Below, piece by piece: positions 43,571 through 54,361 of a stretch of DNA of 64,000 bases. The translations under genes were made by a program, and so were the position numbers. Numbering within the stretch: the stretch's first letter is position 1; each line of letters opens with the position of its first letter. Under the pieces are notes generated by a model. The model saw only the letters and a list, made by a program, of their open reading frames with translations, was not told the origin of the DNA and did not search any database. The DNA is from an uncultured Gemmatimonadales bacterium (GTDB lineage Bacteria; Gemmatimonadota; Gemmatimonadetes; Longimicrobiales; RSA9), in NCBI GenBank assembly GCA_963816355.1, contig CAWFKH010000004.1, forward strand, positions 160,001-224,000. Direction: 5' to 3'.

Positions 43571-46500
43571 ATGGTGACCAGCCGAGTCCGCGCGCCCGAC
43601 GCCCGTGCCCGCCTCGCCCTGCGCGCATGGATCTCCGCAGCCATCCGCCCCTGCGCGCGCACGGCCGCCTGCGCCGTTCTGCTCGCCGTCCCCACCTCCG
43701 CCGCGGTCGGCGCGGCGCCACCGGCGCGGGCCGTGCCGGCGACCGTACCGGCACCTCACGCAGCCGCGCCGGCGCGCCGGGCGGCCGCGCCGACGCGTCG
43801 GCCGCCGGCGCCGCCACCCGACCGCCCGATCCGCGAGTGGCTCATCCTCGGCAGGTTCCCGGTCGACACGGCGGGTGGCCGGCTCGAGCACGCCTACGTG
43901 CCCGGCGAGGCGACGCTGCTGCCGGACGCCGGCGAGGCGGCGCCCGCGGGCGCGGCCGCGGCGCTTCCCGGCACCGCGGCGCACACGCGCGATTCGGCCT
44001 CCGCGACGGCCGCCGCCGCGGCCGCCAGCAGCAGCAGCCGCGCCGCGCTGGAGCGTCGTGACCGCGGACACGCTCGGCCGCGTCGACCTGAACCCGCACT
44101 TCGGCGTCGCCACGTCCAACTCGGTGGCGTACGGCGCCGTCTACCTGATCAGCCCGGAAGACCGGACGGTGACGCTCGCGATCGAGAGCGACGACGACGT
44201 GGAGGCGTGGATCGGCGCGCGCCGCGTTTTGCGGCACGACGTGGCGCGCGGCGTCGGCTCCGGCACGGACACCGTCACGGTGCGCCTCGCGGGCGGCGCG
44301 AATCGGCTGTTGTACAAGGTGGTCAACCGGCTGGGCGGGTTCGGGCTGGGCGGCCGCCTGCTGGCGAGCGGCCCGGACCCGATCGACGACATCGAGATAC
44401 GGGCGCGACGTCCGGCGGACGCCACGCTCGCCGCCCCCGCGCCTTCTCTGACGTTGGGGCCGATCCGCGTCGCGCCGCGCGCGGTGCTCGGCGCCTCGAG
44501 CGGCGCGCCCGCCCTGCTGGTCCGCATGGACGTCGCCGCCGTCCGCTGGGGCGGCCTTGCCGCGCCCATCACGCTCGCCGTCGGTGCCACGCGCGCGGCG
44601 GTCGGTCCCGACAGCGCGAGCGTGGTCTCCTTCGCTGCCCCGTGGCCGCGTCTCGCCGCGCTCGGCGCGGCCGGTCGGCTGGCGATCCGGCCGCGCATCG
44701 GCGCGCGCGACGCGGCGGCCGTGCCGCTCCCGGGAGCCGGCTCGCTGCTGCTGAGGCAGCTCGCGCAGCCGATCGCCATCGAGGGGTGGCAGGCGACGTC
44801 GTCCGCCGCCGCGCTCGCCGCCGCGCCGGCCGCCTGGCGCCCGCTCGAGCCGCGGCCGGATTCGACGCTGCCGCGCCCGCGCGACGTGACGGCGATCCGG
44901 GTGGCGACGCGCGTCCCGCCGACGCTCGCGGGGCTGCGCCTGCGGCTGGACGCCGCGGAGCTGCTGCCCGGCGCCGCGATCCGCGTGAACGGGCGCGTCG
45001 TGGAAGCGGATTCGCTCGGCCGCATCGACCCGTGCGGCGGGCCGTGCCCCGCCGGCGCGTCGCTGCGCGTCGAGGTCGCGCTGCGCGGCGACACCTGGTG
45101 GGACCCGCCGCGCATCTACGTCGCCGACGCCGGCTGGTACGAGATCGCGGACGGCGCCCGGTGGCTGCGCACGCTGTCCGGCGACAGCGCGGTCGCGGCG
45201 CCGGGTGAGGACGTCGCGCGCGCGCTGCTCGCGGCGGCGACGTCGCCCGACAAGGCTGGCTACCGCGACACGGTGCGCGACTGGCTGAGCCGGCTCGAGC
45301 CCGCGGCGGCGGCGGTGCGCGCGGACACGATCGACCTCGTCGGCAACTCGCACATCGACGCGGCGTGGCTGTGGCGCTGGCGGGAGACGGTGGACGTCGT
45401 GAAGCGGACGTGGGGAACGGCCGTCAAGCTGATGGACAAGTACCCGCGGATGCGCTTCGCGGCGAGCGCGGCACGCTACTACGCATGGCTGGACAGCGTC
45501 GCGCCGGACACGCTGCGCGCCATCCAGCGGCTCGCGCGCGAGGGCCGCTGGGCTCCGGTCGGCGGCTGGTGGGTCGAGCCGGACGCCAACCTGCCTTCCG
45601 GCGAATCGCTCGTGCGCCAGGGGCTCTACGGGCAGCGCGCCTTCATCCGCTACTTCGGCGAGCCGGCTCGCGTCGGCTGGCTGCCCGACACCTTCGGCTA
45701 CGCGTGGACGCTGCCGCAGATCCTGCGCGGACAGGGGCTCGAATACTTCGTGACGCAGAAGCTGCGCTGGAACGACACGAACGAATGGCCTTCCTCGCTC
45801 GACCTCTTCTGGTGGCAGGGGCCGGACGGCTCGCGGGTCCTCACCTACATCCCCTACGGCTACGACAATGACCTCGAGGGCGCCGACCTCGCCTCGCAGT
45901 GGAAGGCGACGAAGGACAGCGCCGCCGTCCCAACGATGCTCACGCTCTACGGCGTCGGAGACCACGGCGGTGGACCGACGATGCGGATGCTGGAACGCCG
46001 CCGCATGCTGCAGCGGCTGCCGGCGTTCCCGACGCTGCGCGACGTGCGGCCCGCCGAGGCGCTCGACCGCATGCGCGACGCGACCCCGGACTCGACGCCC
46101 ACCATCGCCGACGAGCTCTACCTCGAGTACCACCGCGGCGTCTACACCACCCACGCCGCCATGAAGGCGTGGAACCGACACCTGGAGGCGCTCCTCGGCG
46201 CGGCCGAGGCGGCCGCCACGGCCGCGGCCGCGCCGCCGAGCCGTGCAGCCTACCCTCGCGCCGCCCTGACCGACGCGTGGGAGAAGGTGCTCTTCAACCA
46301 GTTCCACGACCTGCTGCCCGGCTCCGGCATCGCGCCGATCTACGTCGACGCCGTCGCCGACTACCGTGCCGCCCAGGCCGAGGCGGACTCCGTCCTCGAC
46401 GCCTCACTGCGCGCGCTCGCGGCCGCACGCGACACGCGGCCGCCCAGGCCCGGCCTGCGGCCGTACGTCGTCTTCAACCCGGACGCGCGGCCCCGGGCGG

Positions 46501-47876
46501 GCGTCGCGCGGCTCGCCGTGACGCCCGCCCTCGCCCCGCCGCTCGCCTTCGACGCGCGCGGGCGGCGCCTGCCGTCGACGCTCCGCGGCGACACCCTCCT
46601 CGTGCGCCTCCGCGAGGTGCCCGGGACCGGCACGGCGCTCGTCTTCGTGGGCGCTCGCGCCGCGGACGCGGCCGGCGCTCGCGGCGCCGCGCCACTCTCC
46701 GCCCCCGCCCCCGCCGCCCTGGAGAACGCCGTCCTCGAGAACGCGTTCCTCCGCGTCGCGATCGATCCGCGCACCGGCGACGTCGCGCGGCTGCGCGACC
46801 TGCGCTCCGGCCGCGATCTGATCGCGCCAGGCGCGGAGGCGAACGCGCTCGTCATGCTGGAAGACCGGCCCAGGGACTGGGACGCCTGGAACATCGACGA
46901 CCTGAACGGCGCGCGCACGCCACTCGACCGCGACGTGTCCGTCGGTCCTGCTCGACGCGACGGTCTGGGCCGCGCGATCGTCGTCCACCGCGGCGCTGCC
47001 GGCGTGGGCGCGACGCAGCGCTACTTCCTGCCCGATTCCGCAGCGCGCCTGGACGTCGAGACGACCGTGGAATGGCACGCGTCGCACGAGCTGCTCAAGG
47101 CTTCCTTCCCGCTCGCCTTGCACGTCGACTCCGTGCACGCCGAGATCCCCTACGGCGTGATCGCCCGCACCACCCGCCCCACCACCTCCCGCGACAGCGC
47201 GCGCTTCGAGGCGCCGATGCAGCGCTGGCTCGATGCGGGCGGGCGCGGCGTCGGCGTCGCCCTCGTCAACGACGGCAAGTACGGCTACGACGCCCATGGC
47301 GATACCGTGCGTCTCACGCTGCTGCGGTCGCCGAAGTACCCGGATCCGAACACCGACATGGGGACGCACCGCTTCACCTACTCGATCGTGCCGCACGCCG
47401 GAGACTGGCGAGCCGGCGCGATCCGCGACGCGGTGCTGGAGCTGAACGCGCCGCTGCGCGCCCTCGAAGTGGCGTCGCACGCGGCTCCGCCCGCCGTCTC
47501 GACGGGCGCGAGCTCCCGTGACCGCCCCGCTCCCGGCGCGCCCGGCCCGGCGGAAGCGGGCGGCGGCACGGCGGACGGCTATCTGCGGCTGCGGGGCGAA
47601 GGCGTGGTGGTCGGCGCGCTGAAGCGCGCGGAGGACGGCGGTGGGATCGTCGTGCGCCTCGTCGAGACGCACGGCCGCGCGGCCGACGCGACGCTCCGCC
47701 TCGCCGGCCGCGGGCACTTCACGCTCGTCGAGACGGATCTCATCGAGCGCCCGGCCGGCGAGCGCATCGAGGCGACGGATGGCGCGGCGAGCGTGCGGCT
47801 CCGCCCCTGGCAGATCCGCACCTTCTTCGTGGCCGATCCGCCGTCCGGAGCGGGCCGCCGAGGGCCTACAGGATGA
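43571..47876 (+). pseudogene. GH38 alpha-mannosidase with N-terminal accessory domains; apparent +1 frameshift near 44025
   Basis: Signal region and EWLILGRFP in the frame starting at ATG 43571; the remainder (NSHIDAAWLWRW, WLPDTFG, YGVGDHGGG, ELYLEYHRG, NQFHDLLPGS) in another frame. Confidence 0.88.
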
Positions 47877-48156
47877 TGGCGAGGATCACGCCGGCGGCCA
47901 CGATCGCACCGACGAGATACCACCAGTTCCTGCTCTTCGGACCTTCGCTCTGATCGGCCCGCTGCGGCGCCGGCGTGACGCGGGCGCGGATCCGGCGCAC
48001 CGCCGGCGCGGTCGAAACCGACGTCGTCCGCTGCAGGACGATCGAGGGCGCCGCAGCTTCTCCCGAGCCGGACGGCGGGACGACGCCGCCCTCCGCCCAC
48101 GCGGCGGACGGGGCGGCGAGCAGCAGAAGCGACAGGACCAGGGAAAGCCGGCGCAT
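47866..48156 (-). CDS. Small protein with signal peptide and C-terminal TM helix
   Basis: GAGGAGG RBS; MRRLSLVLSLLLLAAPSAAWA...WWYLVGAIVAAGVILAIIL. Confidence 0.7.
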   Translation of the reverse strand: MRRLSLVLSLLLLAAPSAAWAEGGVVPPSGSGEAAAPSIVLQRTTSVSTAPAVRRIRARVTPAPQRADQSEGPKSRNWWYLVGAIVAAGVILAIIL

Positions 48157-48275
48157 GGGACCCCTCCTCGCGGCAGGACGTGGGGCACCCGTCCCGCGGA
48201 TCTCCGCGGTGGTGCCCCGTCCCGGTTCGCCACGGGGTACTGCAAGGAGCGAACCGGAGCGCCGACGGCCGCCGC

Positions 48276-48941
48276 TCAGGCGCCCAGGTCGAGCGTCAAC
48301 TGCAGCGGCGTGAAGCTCATTCGATGGTGGGGGGTCGGGCCGAGGTCGAGGATCGCGCGGCGGTGCTCCGGCGTCGCGTAGCCGACGTTCGTCTCCCAGC
48401 CATAGCCCGGGTAGCGCGCCGCCAGCCGCACCATGAGGCGGTCCCGCGTCGTCTTGGCGAGGATCGAGGCGCACGCGACGCAGTGCACCCGCGCGTCGCC
48501 GCCCACCACCGCCGTGTGCTCGCCCAGATCGCTCACCGGAAGGCCGTCCACGATGACGTGCTCCGGAGCGTCTGCGAGCCGCGCGAGCGCGCGCCGCATG
48601 GCGAGGTGCGTGGCGCGAAGGATGTTGATGCGGTCGATCTCGCGCGCGCTCGCCGCTCCGACGCCGTAGCACACCGCGCTCGCGCGGATCCGCTCGGCCA
48701 GCTCGCGCCGCAGCTCGGCGGTGATGCGCTTCGAGTCGTCCACGCGGGCGAGGCCGCGGAAGTCCGGCGGGAACACGACGGCCGCGGCGACCACCGGGCC
48801 GGCGAGCGGACCCCGTCCCGCCTCGTCGACGCCGGCCACGCGCACAAGGCCGTTCGCCCACAGCGAGCGCTCCAGGTCCAGCAGCTTGTTCAGCCGGCGC
48901 CGCTCGCGCCGGCGGGCGTTGCGACGGTCCCCCTCCGCCAT
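48276..48941 (-). CDS. rnhB: Ribonuclease HII
   Basis: AGVDEAGRGPLAGPV, DDSK, IVDG, ASILAK..RD, GY.T.EH. Confidence 0.95.
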   Translation of the reverse strand: MAEGDRRNARRRERRRLNKLLDLERSLWANGLVRVAGVDEAGRGPLAGPVVAAAVVFPPDFRGLARVDDSKRITAELRRELAERIRASAVCYGVGAASAREIDRINILRATHLAMRRALARLADAPEHVIVDGLPVSDLGEHTAVVGGDARVHCVACASILAKTTRDRLMVRLAARYPGYGWETNVGYATPEHRRAILDLGPTPHHRMSFTPLQLTLDLGA

Positions 48942-48964
48942 GACGCGCGGCGCGAGAGCTGGGG

Positions 48965-49306
48965 CTACCGCTTCTCCCGAATCCGCGCCTTCTTTCCGCG
49001 CAGTCCGCGCAGGTAGTAGAGCTTGGCGCGCCGGACGCGGCCCTGGCGCACGACCTCGATCGCGTCCACCACCGGCGCGTGCACCGGGAAGACCCGCTCG
49101 ACGCCAATGCCGCCCGAGACCTTCCGCACCGTGAACGTCTCGCTCACGCCCCCGCCCTTGCGGGCGATGCACACGCCCTCGAAGACCTGGATGCGCTCCT
49201 TCTCACCCTCGCGAACGCGCACGCTCACGCGCAGCGTGTCGCCCGGCGCGAAATTCGGCAGATTCTCGCGCCGCTCACCGTCCTGTATCTTCTGAAGAAC
49301 GTCCAT
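48965..49306 (-). CDS. rplS: 50S ribosomal protein L19
   Basis: [40 protein letters not shown]. Confidence 0.97.
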   Translation of the reverse strand: MDVLQKIQDGERRENLPNFAPGDTLRVSVRVREGEKERIQVFEGVCIARKGGGVSETFTVRKVSGGIGVERVFPVHAPVVDAIEVVRQGRVRRAKLYYLRGLRGKKARIREKR

Positions 49307-49388
49307 GGTCTCCTCCCGCGGGAATGCGTCCCGCCGATATCGCGCGTGCCCGCGCCACAGGATCCGCGGGGCGACGTCGCCCCGAACC

Positions 49389-50108
49389 TCACTCCGTTTC
49401 GCCAACGTCCTCGCCGACGGCCGATTGCTCCGCTTCGTGCCGACGCCACAACTCCGGCCGGCGCTCGCGCGTCAGCCGCTCCGCCGCCTCCCGCCGCCAC
49501 GCCGCGATCCGCGCATGGTCGCCGGAAAGCAGCGCTTCCGGCACCCGGTGACCGCGATACTCCGGCGGCCGCGTGTACGACGGCGGACTCAGCAGCGCCC
49601 CGTCGTAGAACGAGTCGGAGGCGGCCGACTCGTGCGTCCCGAGCGCCCCCGGCAGCAGCCGGACCACCGCGTCTGTGACCGCGAGCGCGGCGATCTCGCC
49701 GCCGCTCAGCACGAAGTCGCCGAGCGACACTTCGTGCGTCGCCAGATGCCCGGCCACCCGCTCGTCCACGTCCTTGTAATGCCCGCAGAGAAGCGTCAGC
49801 TCCTCCTCGACCGCGAAGCGGACCGCGTCGTCGTGGCCGAACGGCCTGCCCCTCGCCGACAGCAGCACGACCGGCCCCGCCGGCGCCAGCGCGTCGACCG
49901 CTTCGAAGAACGGCTCCGGCTTCATCACCATGCCGGCCCCGCCGCCGTACGGGTAGTCGTCCACCGTGCGATGGCGATCGTGCGTGTGCTCGCGCAGATC
50001 GACCACCCGGTACTCGACCAGCCCCGCCGCCGCCGCCCGCGCCGGGATCCCGAGCCCGAGCGGCGCTTCGAAGAACGGCGGGAAGATCGTCACGATGTTG
50101 ATCCGCAC
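49389..50108 (-). CDS. trmD: tRNA (guanine-N1)-methyltransferase
   Basis: [35 protein letters not shown]. Confidence 0.97.
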   Translation of the reverse strand: MRINIVTIFPPFFEAPLGLGIPARAAAAGLVEYRVVDLREHTHDRHRTVDDYPYGGGAGMVMKPEPFFEAVDALAPAGPVVLLSARGRPFGHDDAVRFAVEEELTLLCGHYKDVDERVAGHLATHEVSLGDFVLSGGEIAALAVTDAVVRLLPGALGTHESAASDSFYDGALLSPPSYTRPPEYRGHRVPEALLSGDHARIAAWRREAAERLTRERRPELWRRHEAEQSAVGEDVGETE

Positions 50109-50148
50109 GGCGACCTTCCCGTCGACCTCCGCTCCGGCGAGCCGCCGC

Positions 50149-50769
50149 TCAGAGGTCGAGCAGACCCTCCGGCGGATCGATCACCAGGCGCCTCGCCTCG
50201 AGATCGAGCTCGCGCACGATCTCCTTCGTGTACGGCACCAGCACCAGACGGCCATCCGCATCCACCTCGAGCAGCTCGGCCGGCAACGCCTCGAACACCG
50301 ATCGCACCTGCCCCACCCTCGCTCCGTCCGGCAAGCGAACCTCCAGCCCGATCAGGTCGTGCCGGAAGACCTCGCCCTCGGCGAGCGGCTCCAGCTCCGC
50401 CATCGGCAGCAGCAGGTCCCGTCCGGCGAGCGCCTCCGCCGCGCTGCGCGTCGTGACGCCCTCCAGGACGACGATGAGGCCGCCCTTGTGCGGCCGCGCC
50501 CGCTCCACCCTCACCTCCACCGCGCCCACGCCGCCCGAGCCGGCGTCGCCCATCCGCAGCGAGCGGCCCTCCGCGAACGTTCTCTCCGGCCGGTCCGTGG
50601 TCAGCTCGACCGCCACCTCGCCGTGAATGCCGTGCGCGCGCCGGATGCGGCCCACCATCACCAGCCGCGCGTCGTCGCCGCCCCCCTTCGACTCGACGGC
50701 ATCCTTCGCGCCGCCGGACGAGCCATCCTCGCCCCCATCTCCAGACGGGCGCGATGCGGAAGCGGCCAA
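50149..50769 (-). CDS. rimM: Ribosome maturation factor RimM
   Basis: VGRI..AHGIHGEV, DLIGLEV, LVP, PPEGLLDL; start uncertain. Confidence 0.93.
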   Translation of the reverse strand: MAASASRPSGDGGEDGSSGGAKDAVESKGGGDDARLVMVGRIRRAHGIHGEVAVELTTDRPERTFAEGRSLRMGDAGSGGVGAVEVRVERARPHKGGLIVVLEGVTTRSAAEALAGRDLLLPMAELEPLAEGEVFRHDLIGLEVRLPDGARVGQVRSVFEALPAELLEVDADGRLVLVPYTKEIVRELDLEARRLVIDPPEGLLDL

Positions 50770-50772
50770 CGA

Positions 50773-51543
50773 CTACGCCTCCTTCTCCTCCTCGGGCTCC
50801 GCTGCCTCGGCGCTCGCGGGCTCCGCCTCGGCGCTCGCGGACTCCTCCGCCTCGGCGCTCACGGACTCCGCTCTGGCCACCTCCGCCTCCGCCTCGCCGC
50901 CCGCGACATCCGCCGCATCCGCGCCGCCCGCCATCTCCGCGCTGCCGGTCGCCGCCGCCTCGTCGACGCTCGCGGCGCCGGTGGCCGGGCCCGCTTCCGC
51001 CGCCCCCTCCGCGGTCGCCTCGCCGGCCGCTTCCGCGCTCGCCTCGGCAGCCGGTTCCGCGGCGGCTTCCGTCTTCGCCGCACCGCGGCCACGGCTGCCG
51101 GGCTTCGCCGGCGCCTTGCGCGCCTTCGGCGACTCGGCCGCTTCCGCGCTCGCCGGCGGCGTGGCCTCCGCGGCGGCTTCGCCGGTCGGCTCGCCGCCCT
51201 CTCCCTTGCCGGTGCGTGTGCCGGGCCGGCCGAGTCGAGCCTTCAGTGCGGCGGCGGGTTTCGCCTCCGCCTCCGGCTTCATCAGGCCGACCTGATCGTC
51301 GCCGCCCTTGCGGGCCTTCACGATCAGGCTGTGCACCGTCAGGGAAGGCTCGGCGCCGCGGCCCAGCCAGAAGTCGACGCGGTCGAGATCGAGGCGCAAC
51401 TGCGCCGGCCGCGTGCGCGGGTTGTAGAAGCCGATGGCTTCGATGTAGGCGCCGTCGCGGGGCGCAGTGCGCTCGGCGATGACGACACGATAGCTCGGCT
51501 GCTTCTTCCGGCCCACTCGCCGGAGTCGAATCCTGACGGACAT
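50773..51543 (-). CDS. rpsP: 30S ribosomal protein S16 with long C-terminal extension
   Basis: VRIRL.RVG.KKQP.YRVV, RDGAYIE.IG.YNP, WL..GA.PS; Ala/Glu-rich tail. Confidence 0.95.
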   Translation of the reverse strand: MSVRIRLRRVGRKKQPSYRVVIAERTAPRDGAYIEAIGFYNPRTRPAQLRLDLDRVDFWLGRGAEPSLTVHSLIVKARKGGDDQVGLMKPEAEAKPAAALKARLGRPGTRTGKGEGGEPTGEAAAEATPPASAEAAESPKARKAPAKPGSRGRGAAKTEAAAEPAAEASAEAAGEATAEGAAEAGPATGAASVDEAAATGSAEMAGGADAADVAGGEAEAEVARAESVSAEAEESASAEAEPASAEAAEPEEEKEA

Positions 51544-51621
51544 AGCGTGAGGTCCTGGTTCGGTTCGGCCGGCGTCACGCCGGCGGTTGCCAGTTCTCTC
51601 TGCGCGCCCGGGTGCGGCCGC

Positions 51622-52983
51622 TCAGAAGGGCCCCGGAAGGCCGGGTACTCCCGGCATCCCCAGCCCGCGCCCGAGCCCCCGCCCGAGCCCCATCTTCCGC
51701 ATCCTCTTCATCATCTTCTGCATCTCGGCGAACTGCTTCATCAGCCGGTTCACCTCCTGCACCGGCCGGCCGGCACCCCGCGCGATGCGCGCGCGGCGGG
51801 AGCCGTTCAGGATCTGCGGCTTCTGCCGCTCCTGCGGCGTCATCGACAGGATGATCGCCTCCACGTGCCGGATCCGCCGCGGATCCATCTTCGCCTGCTT
51901 GAGCGCCTTGTGATCCACGCCGGGCACCATCTTCAGCAGGCCCTCCAGCGGCCCCAGCTTCTGGATCTGGCGCATCATCGCGAGGAAGTCCTCCAGATCG
52001 AACTTACCCTCCTTCGCCACGCGACGCTCGATCCGCTTCGCTTCGTCCGCGTCGAACGCCTGCTGCGCCTTCTCCACCAGGCCGACCACGTCCCCGCGCT
52101 GCAGGATCCGGTCGGCCATGCGCGACGGATCGAACAGCTCCAGACCGTCCGGCCGCTCTCCGACGCCGAGGTACTTGATCGGCACGCCGGTCGTCCCCCG
52201 GATCGACAGCGCCGCGCCGCCTCGCGCGTCGCCATCCATCTTCGTCAGGATCACGCCCGACAACCCCAGCGCCTCGTGGAAGCCCTCCGCGATGCGGACC
52301 GCCTCCTGCCCGATCATGCCGTCGACGACCAGCAGCGTCTCCGTGGGCTGCACCGCCTCCCGCACGCGCCGCAATTCGTCCATCATCGGCTCGTCGATCT
52401 GCAGCCGGCCGGCGGTGTCGAGCACCACGGCCCGATGCCGCTGCGCCTCCGCCTCCGCCAGCGCCCGCTTCGCCAGCCGGACCACGTCCTTCTCCTCGCG
52501 GTCCGCCATGACCGGCACGCCCACCTGGCCGCCCAGCGTCTCCAGCTGATCGATCGCCGCCGGCCGGTAGACGTCCAGCGCCGCCAGCAGCGGCTTGCGG
52601 CCCTCGCGCTCCAGCCGCCGCGCCAGCTTCGCCGCCGTCGTCGTCTTCCCCGACCCCTGCAGCCCCACCAGCAGCACGATCGTCGGACCCACCGACGCCG
52701 TCTTCAGGCCACCGCGCTCCTCGCCCAGCAGATGGACCAGCTCGTCATGGACGACCTTCACCACCTGCTGTCCGGGCGACACCGACTTCAGCACCTGCTC
52801 GCCGAGCGCCCGCGTCTCCACGCGCGACAGGAACTCGCGCGTCAGCTTGTAGTTGACGTCCGCCTCCAGCAGGACGCGCCGGATCTCGCGCAGACCCTCA
52901 CGGATCATCGGCTCCGTGAGCACGCCGCGCTGCTTGAACCGGCTCAGTACGCCGTCGAGTTTGTCCGACAGCTCCTCGAACAT
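51622..52983 (-). CDS. ffh: Signal recognition particle protein
   Basis: LLEADV, GLQGSGKTT, DTAGR, TKMDGDARGG, SMTP.ER. Confidence 0.97.
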   Translation of the reverse strand: MFEELSDKLDGVLSRFKQRGVLTEPMIREGLREIRRVLLEADVNYKLTREFLSRVETRALGEQVLKSVSPGQQVVKVVHDELVHLLGEERGGLKTASVGPTIVLLVGLQGSGKTTTAAKLARRLEREGRKPLLAALDVYRPAAIDQLETLGGQVGVPVMADREEKDVVRLAKRALAEAEAQRHRAVVLDTAGRLQIDEPMMDELRRVREAVQPTETLLVVDGMIGQEAVRIAEGFHEALGLSGVILTKMDGDARGGAALSIRGTTGVPIKYLGVGERPDGLELFDPSRMADRILQRGDVVGLVEKAQQAFDADEAKRIERRVAKEGKFDLEDFLAMMRQIQKLGPLEGLLKMVPGVDHKALKQAKMDPRRIRHVEAIILSMTPQERQKPQILNGSRRARIARGAGRPVQEVNRLMKQFAEMQKMMKRMRKMGLGRGLGRGLGMPGVPGLPGPF

Positions 52984-53022
52984 CACGCGTCCTGCGGCAA
53001 GAGGTCTGCTCGAAAGCCCTGA

Positions 53023-53051
53023 AACATAAGGGAGGGGGCCGGGATGCTCAA
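53023..53051 (-). promoter_or_regulatory. Putative sigma70 promoter of the ffh-rpsP operon
   Basis: Minus strand TTGAGC-N17-TATGTT. Confidence 0.55.
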
Positions 53052-53067
53052 GGGCGCGAAGTGGCGC

Positions 53068-54357
53068 TCACGCCGAGGCCCGGATGATCTGCTCCCGCTC
53101 CGTGCCCACCGAGACGAACCAGATGGGGACGCCGGTGAGCTCCTCGACGCGATCGAGGTAGCGGCGGGCTTCGCGGGGAAGGTCGCGATGGTCGCGGGCG
53201 CCGGCGCTCGGGCGGTTCCACCCGGGCAGTGTCTCGTAGACCGGCTCCGCCTGCTCGAGGAGGGAGAGGTCGTCGGGGAAGGCGGTGAGGTGGCCGTCGG
53301 GCAGCCGGTAGCCGGTGCAGATGCGAACTTCGTCGAAGGCGTCGAGGACGTCGAGCTTGGTGAGCGCGAGGCCGGTCAGGCCGTTGACGCGGGCGGCGTA
53401 ACGCACGACGACGGCATCGAACCAGCCGCAGCGGCGAGGGCGGCCGGTGGTGGCGCCGTACTCGCCCCCGAGCTCGCGAAGCCGCTCGCCCGCGTCGTCG
53501 AGCATCTCGGTGGGCAGGGGTCCGCTGCCGACGCGCGTGGTGTACGCCTTGACGACGCCGAGGACGGCGTCGACCGCGGTGGGGCCGATGCCGACGCCCG
53601 TGGCGGCCGCGCCCGCCGTCGTGTTCGAGGAGGTGACGAAGGGGTAGGTGCCGTGGTCGACGTCGAGGAGCGCGCCCTGCGCCCCTTCGAGGAGGACGCT
53701 GCGTCCGGCGCGCAGCGCGTCGTCGATCTCCTGCCCGGTCTCGGTGAGCAGCGGGATCAGACGCTCGCGCAGCGCCATCGTCCGCCGCACGATGGCGTCG
53801 ACGTCGACGCGCTCGGCGGCGCCGGCGGAGCGCAGCCGCTCGCCCGCGCGTTCGGCGGCGCTGCGGATGCGCTCCTCGGCGGCGTCCTCGCGGCGCAGGT
53901 CCCCGGCGCGCACGCCCACGCGCGCGACCTTGTCCTCGTAGGCGGGGCCGATGCCCTTGCCGGTGGTGCCGATCTTCGCCTCGCCGAGGCGCGTCTCGCT
54001 CACCTTGTCGAGCAGACGATGGTAAGCGAGGAGCAGATGTGCGCGGCCGCTCACGCCCACCCTCGCCGCCGCCTCGACGCCGCGCGCCTGCAGCGCGTCC
54101 ATCTCCTCGAAGAACTGCTCGATGTCGAAGACCACGCCGTTGCCGAGCAGACAGCGCTTCTCGGGGTGCAGGATGCCGGACGGGATCTGGTGCAGCACGA
54201 ACTCCTCGCTGCCCACGTGCACCGTGTGGCCGGCGTTGGCGCCGCCCTGATAGCGCGCGACGATGTCCGCCTCCTCGGCGAGCACGTCCACGATCTTGCC
54301 CTTGCCTTCGTCGCCCCACTGGGCGCCGACGACGATGAGACAGCGATGTCCGTTCAT
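53068..54357 (-). CDS. purA: Adenylosuccinate synthetase
   Basis: GAQWGDEGKGK, GGANAGHT, EGAQG.LLD.DHGTYP, GATTGRPRRCGWFD. Confidence 0.97.
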   Translation of the reverse strand: MNGHRCLIVVGAQWGDEGKGKIVDVLAEEADIVARYQGGANAGHTVHVGSEEFVLHQIPSGILHPEKRCLLGNGVVFDIEQFFEEMDALQARGVEAAARVGVSGRAHLLLAYHRLLDKVSETRLGEAKIGTTGKGIGPAYEDKVARVGVRAGDLRREDAAEERIRSAAERAGERLRSAGAAERVDVDAIVRRTMALRERLIPLLTETGQEIDDALRAGRSVLLEGAQGALLDVDHGTYPFVTSSNTTAGAAATGVGIGPTAVDAVLGVVKAYTTRVGSGPLPTEMLDDAGERLRELGGEYGATTGRPRRCGWFDAVVVRYAARVNGLTGLALTKLDVLDAFDEVRICTGYRLPDGHLTAFPDDLSLLEQAEPVYETLPGWNRPSAGARDHRDLPREARRYLDRVEELTGVPIWFVSVGTEREQIIRASA

Positions 54358-54361
54358 CGGC

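Noticed and set aside
49966..53022. 1018-aa plus-strand ORF and similar long antisense ORFs (1794-4283, 21292-24738, 56386-59481, 15153-17513)
   Set aside because: Shadow ORFs typical of very high GC, lying opposite well-supported genes
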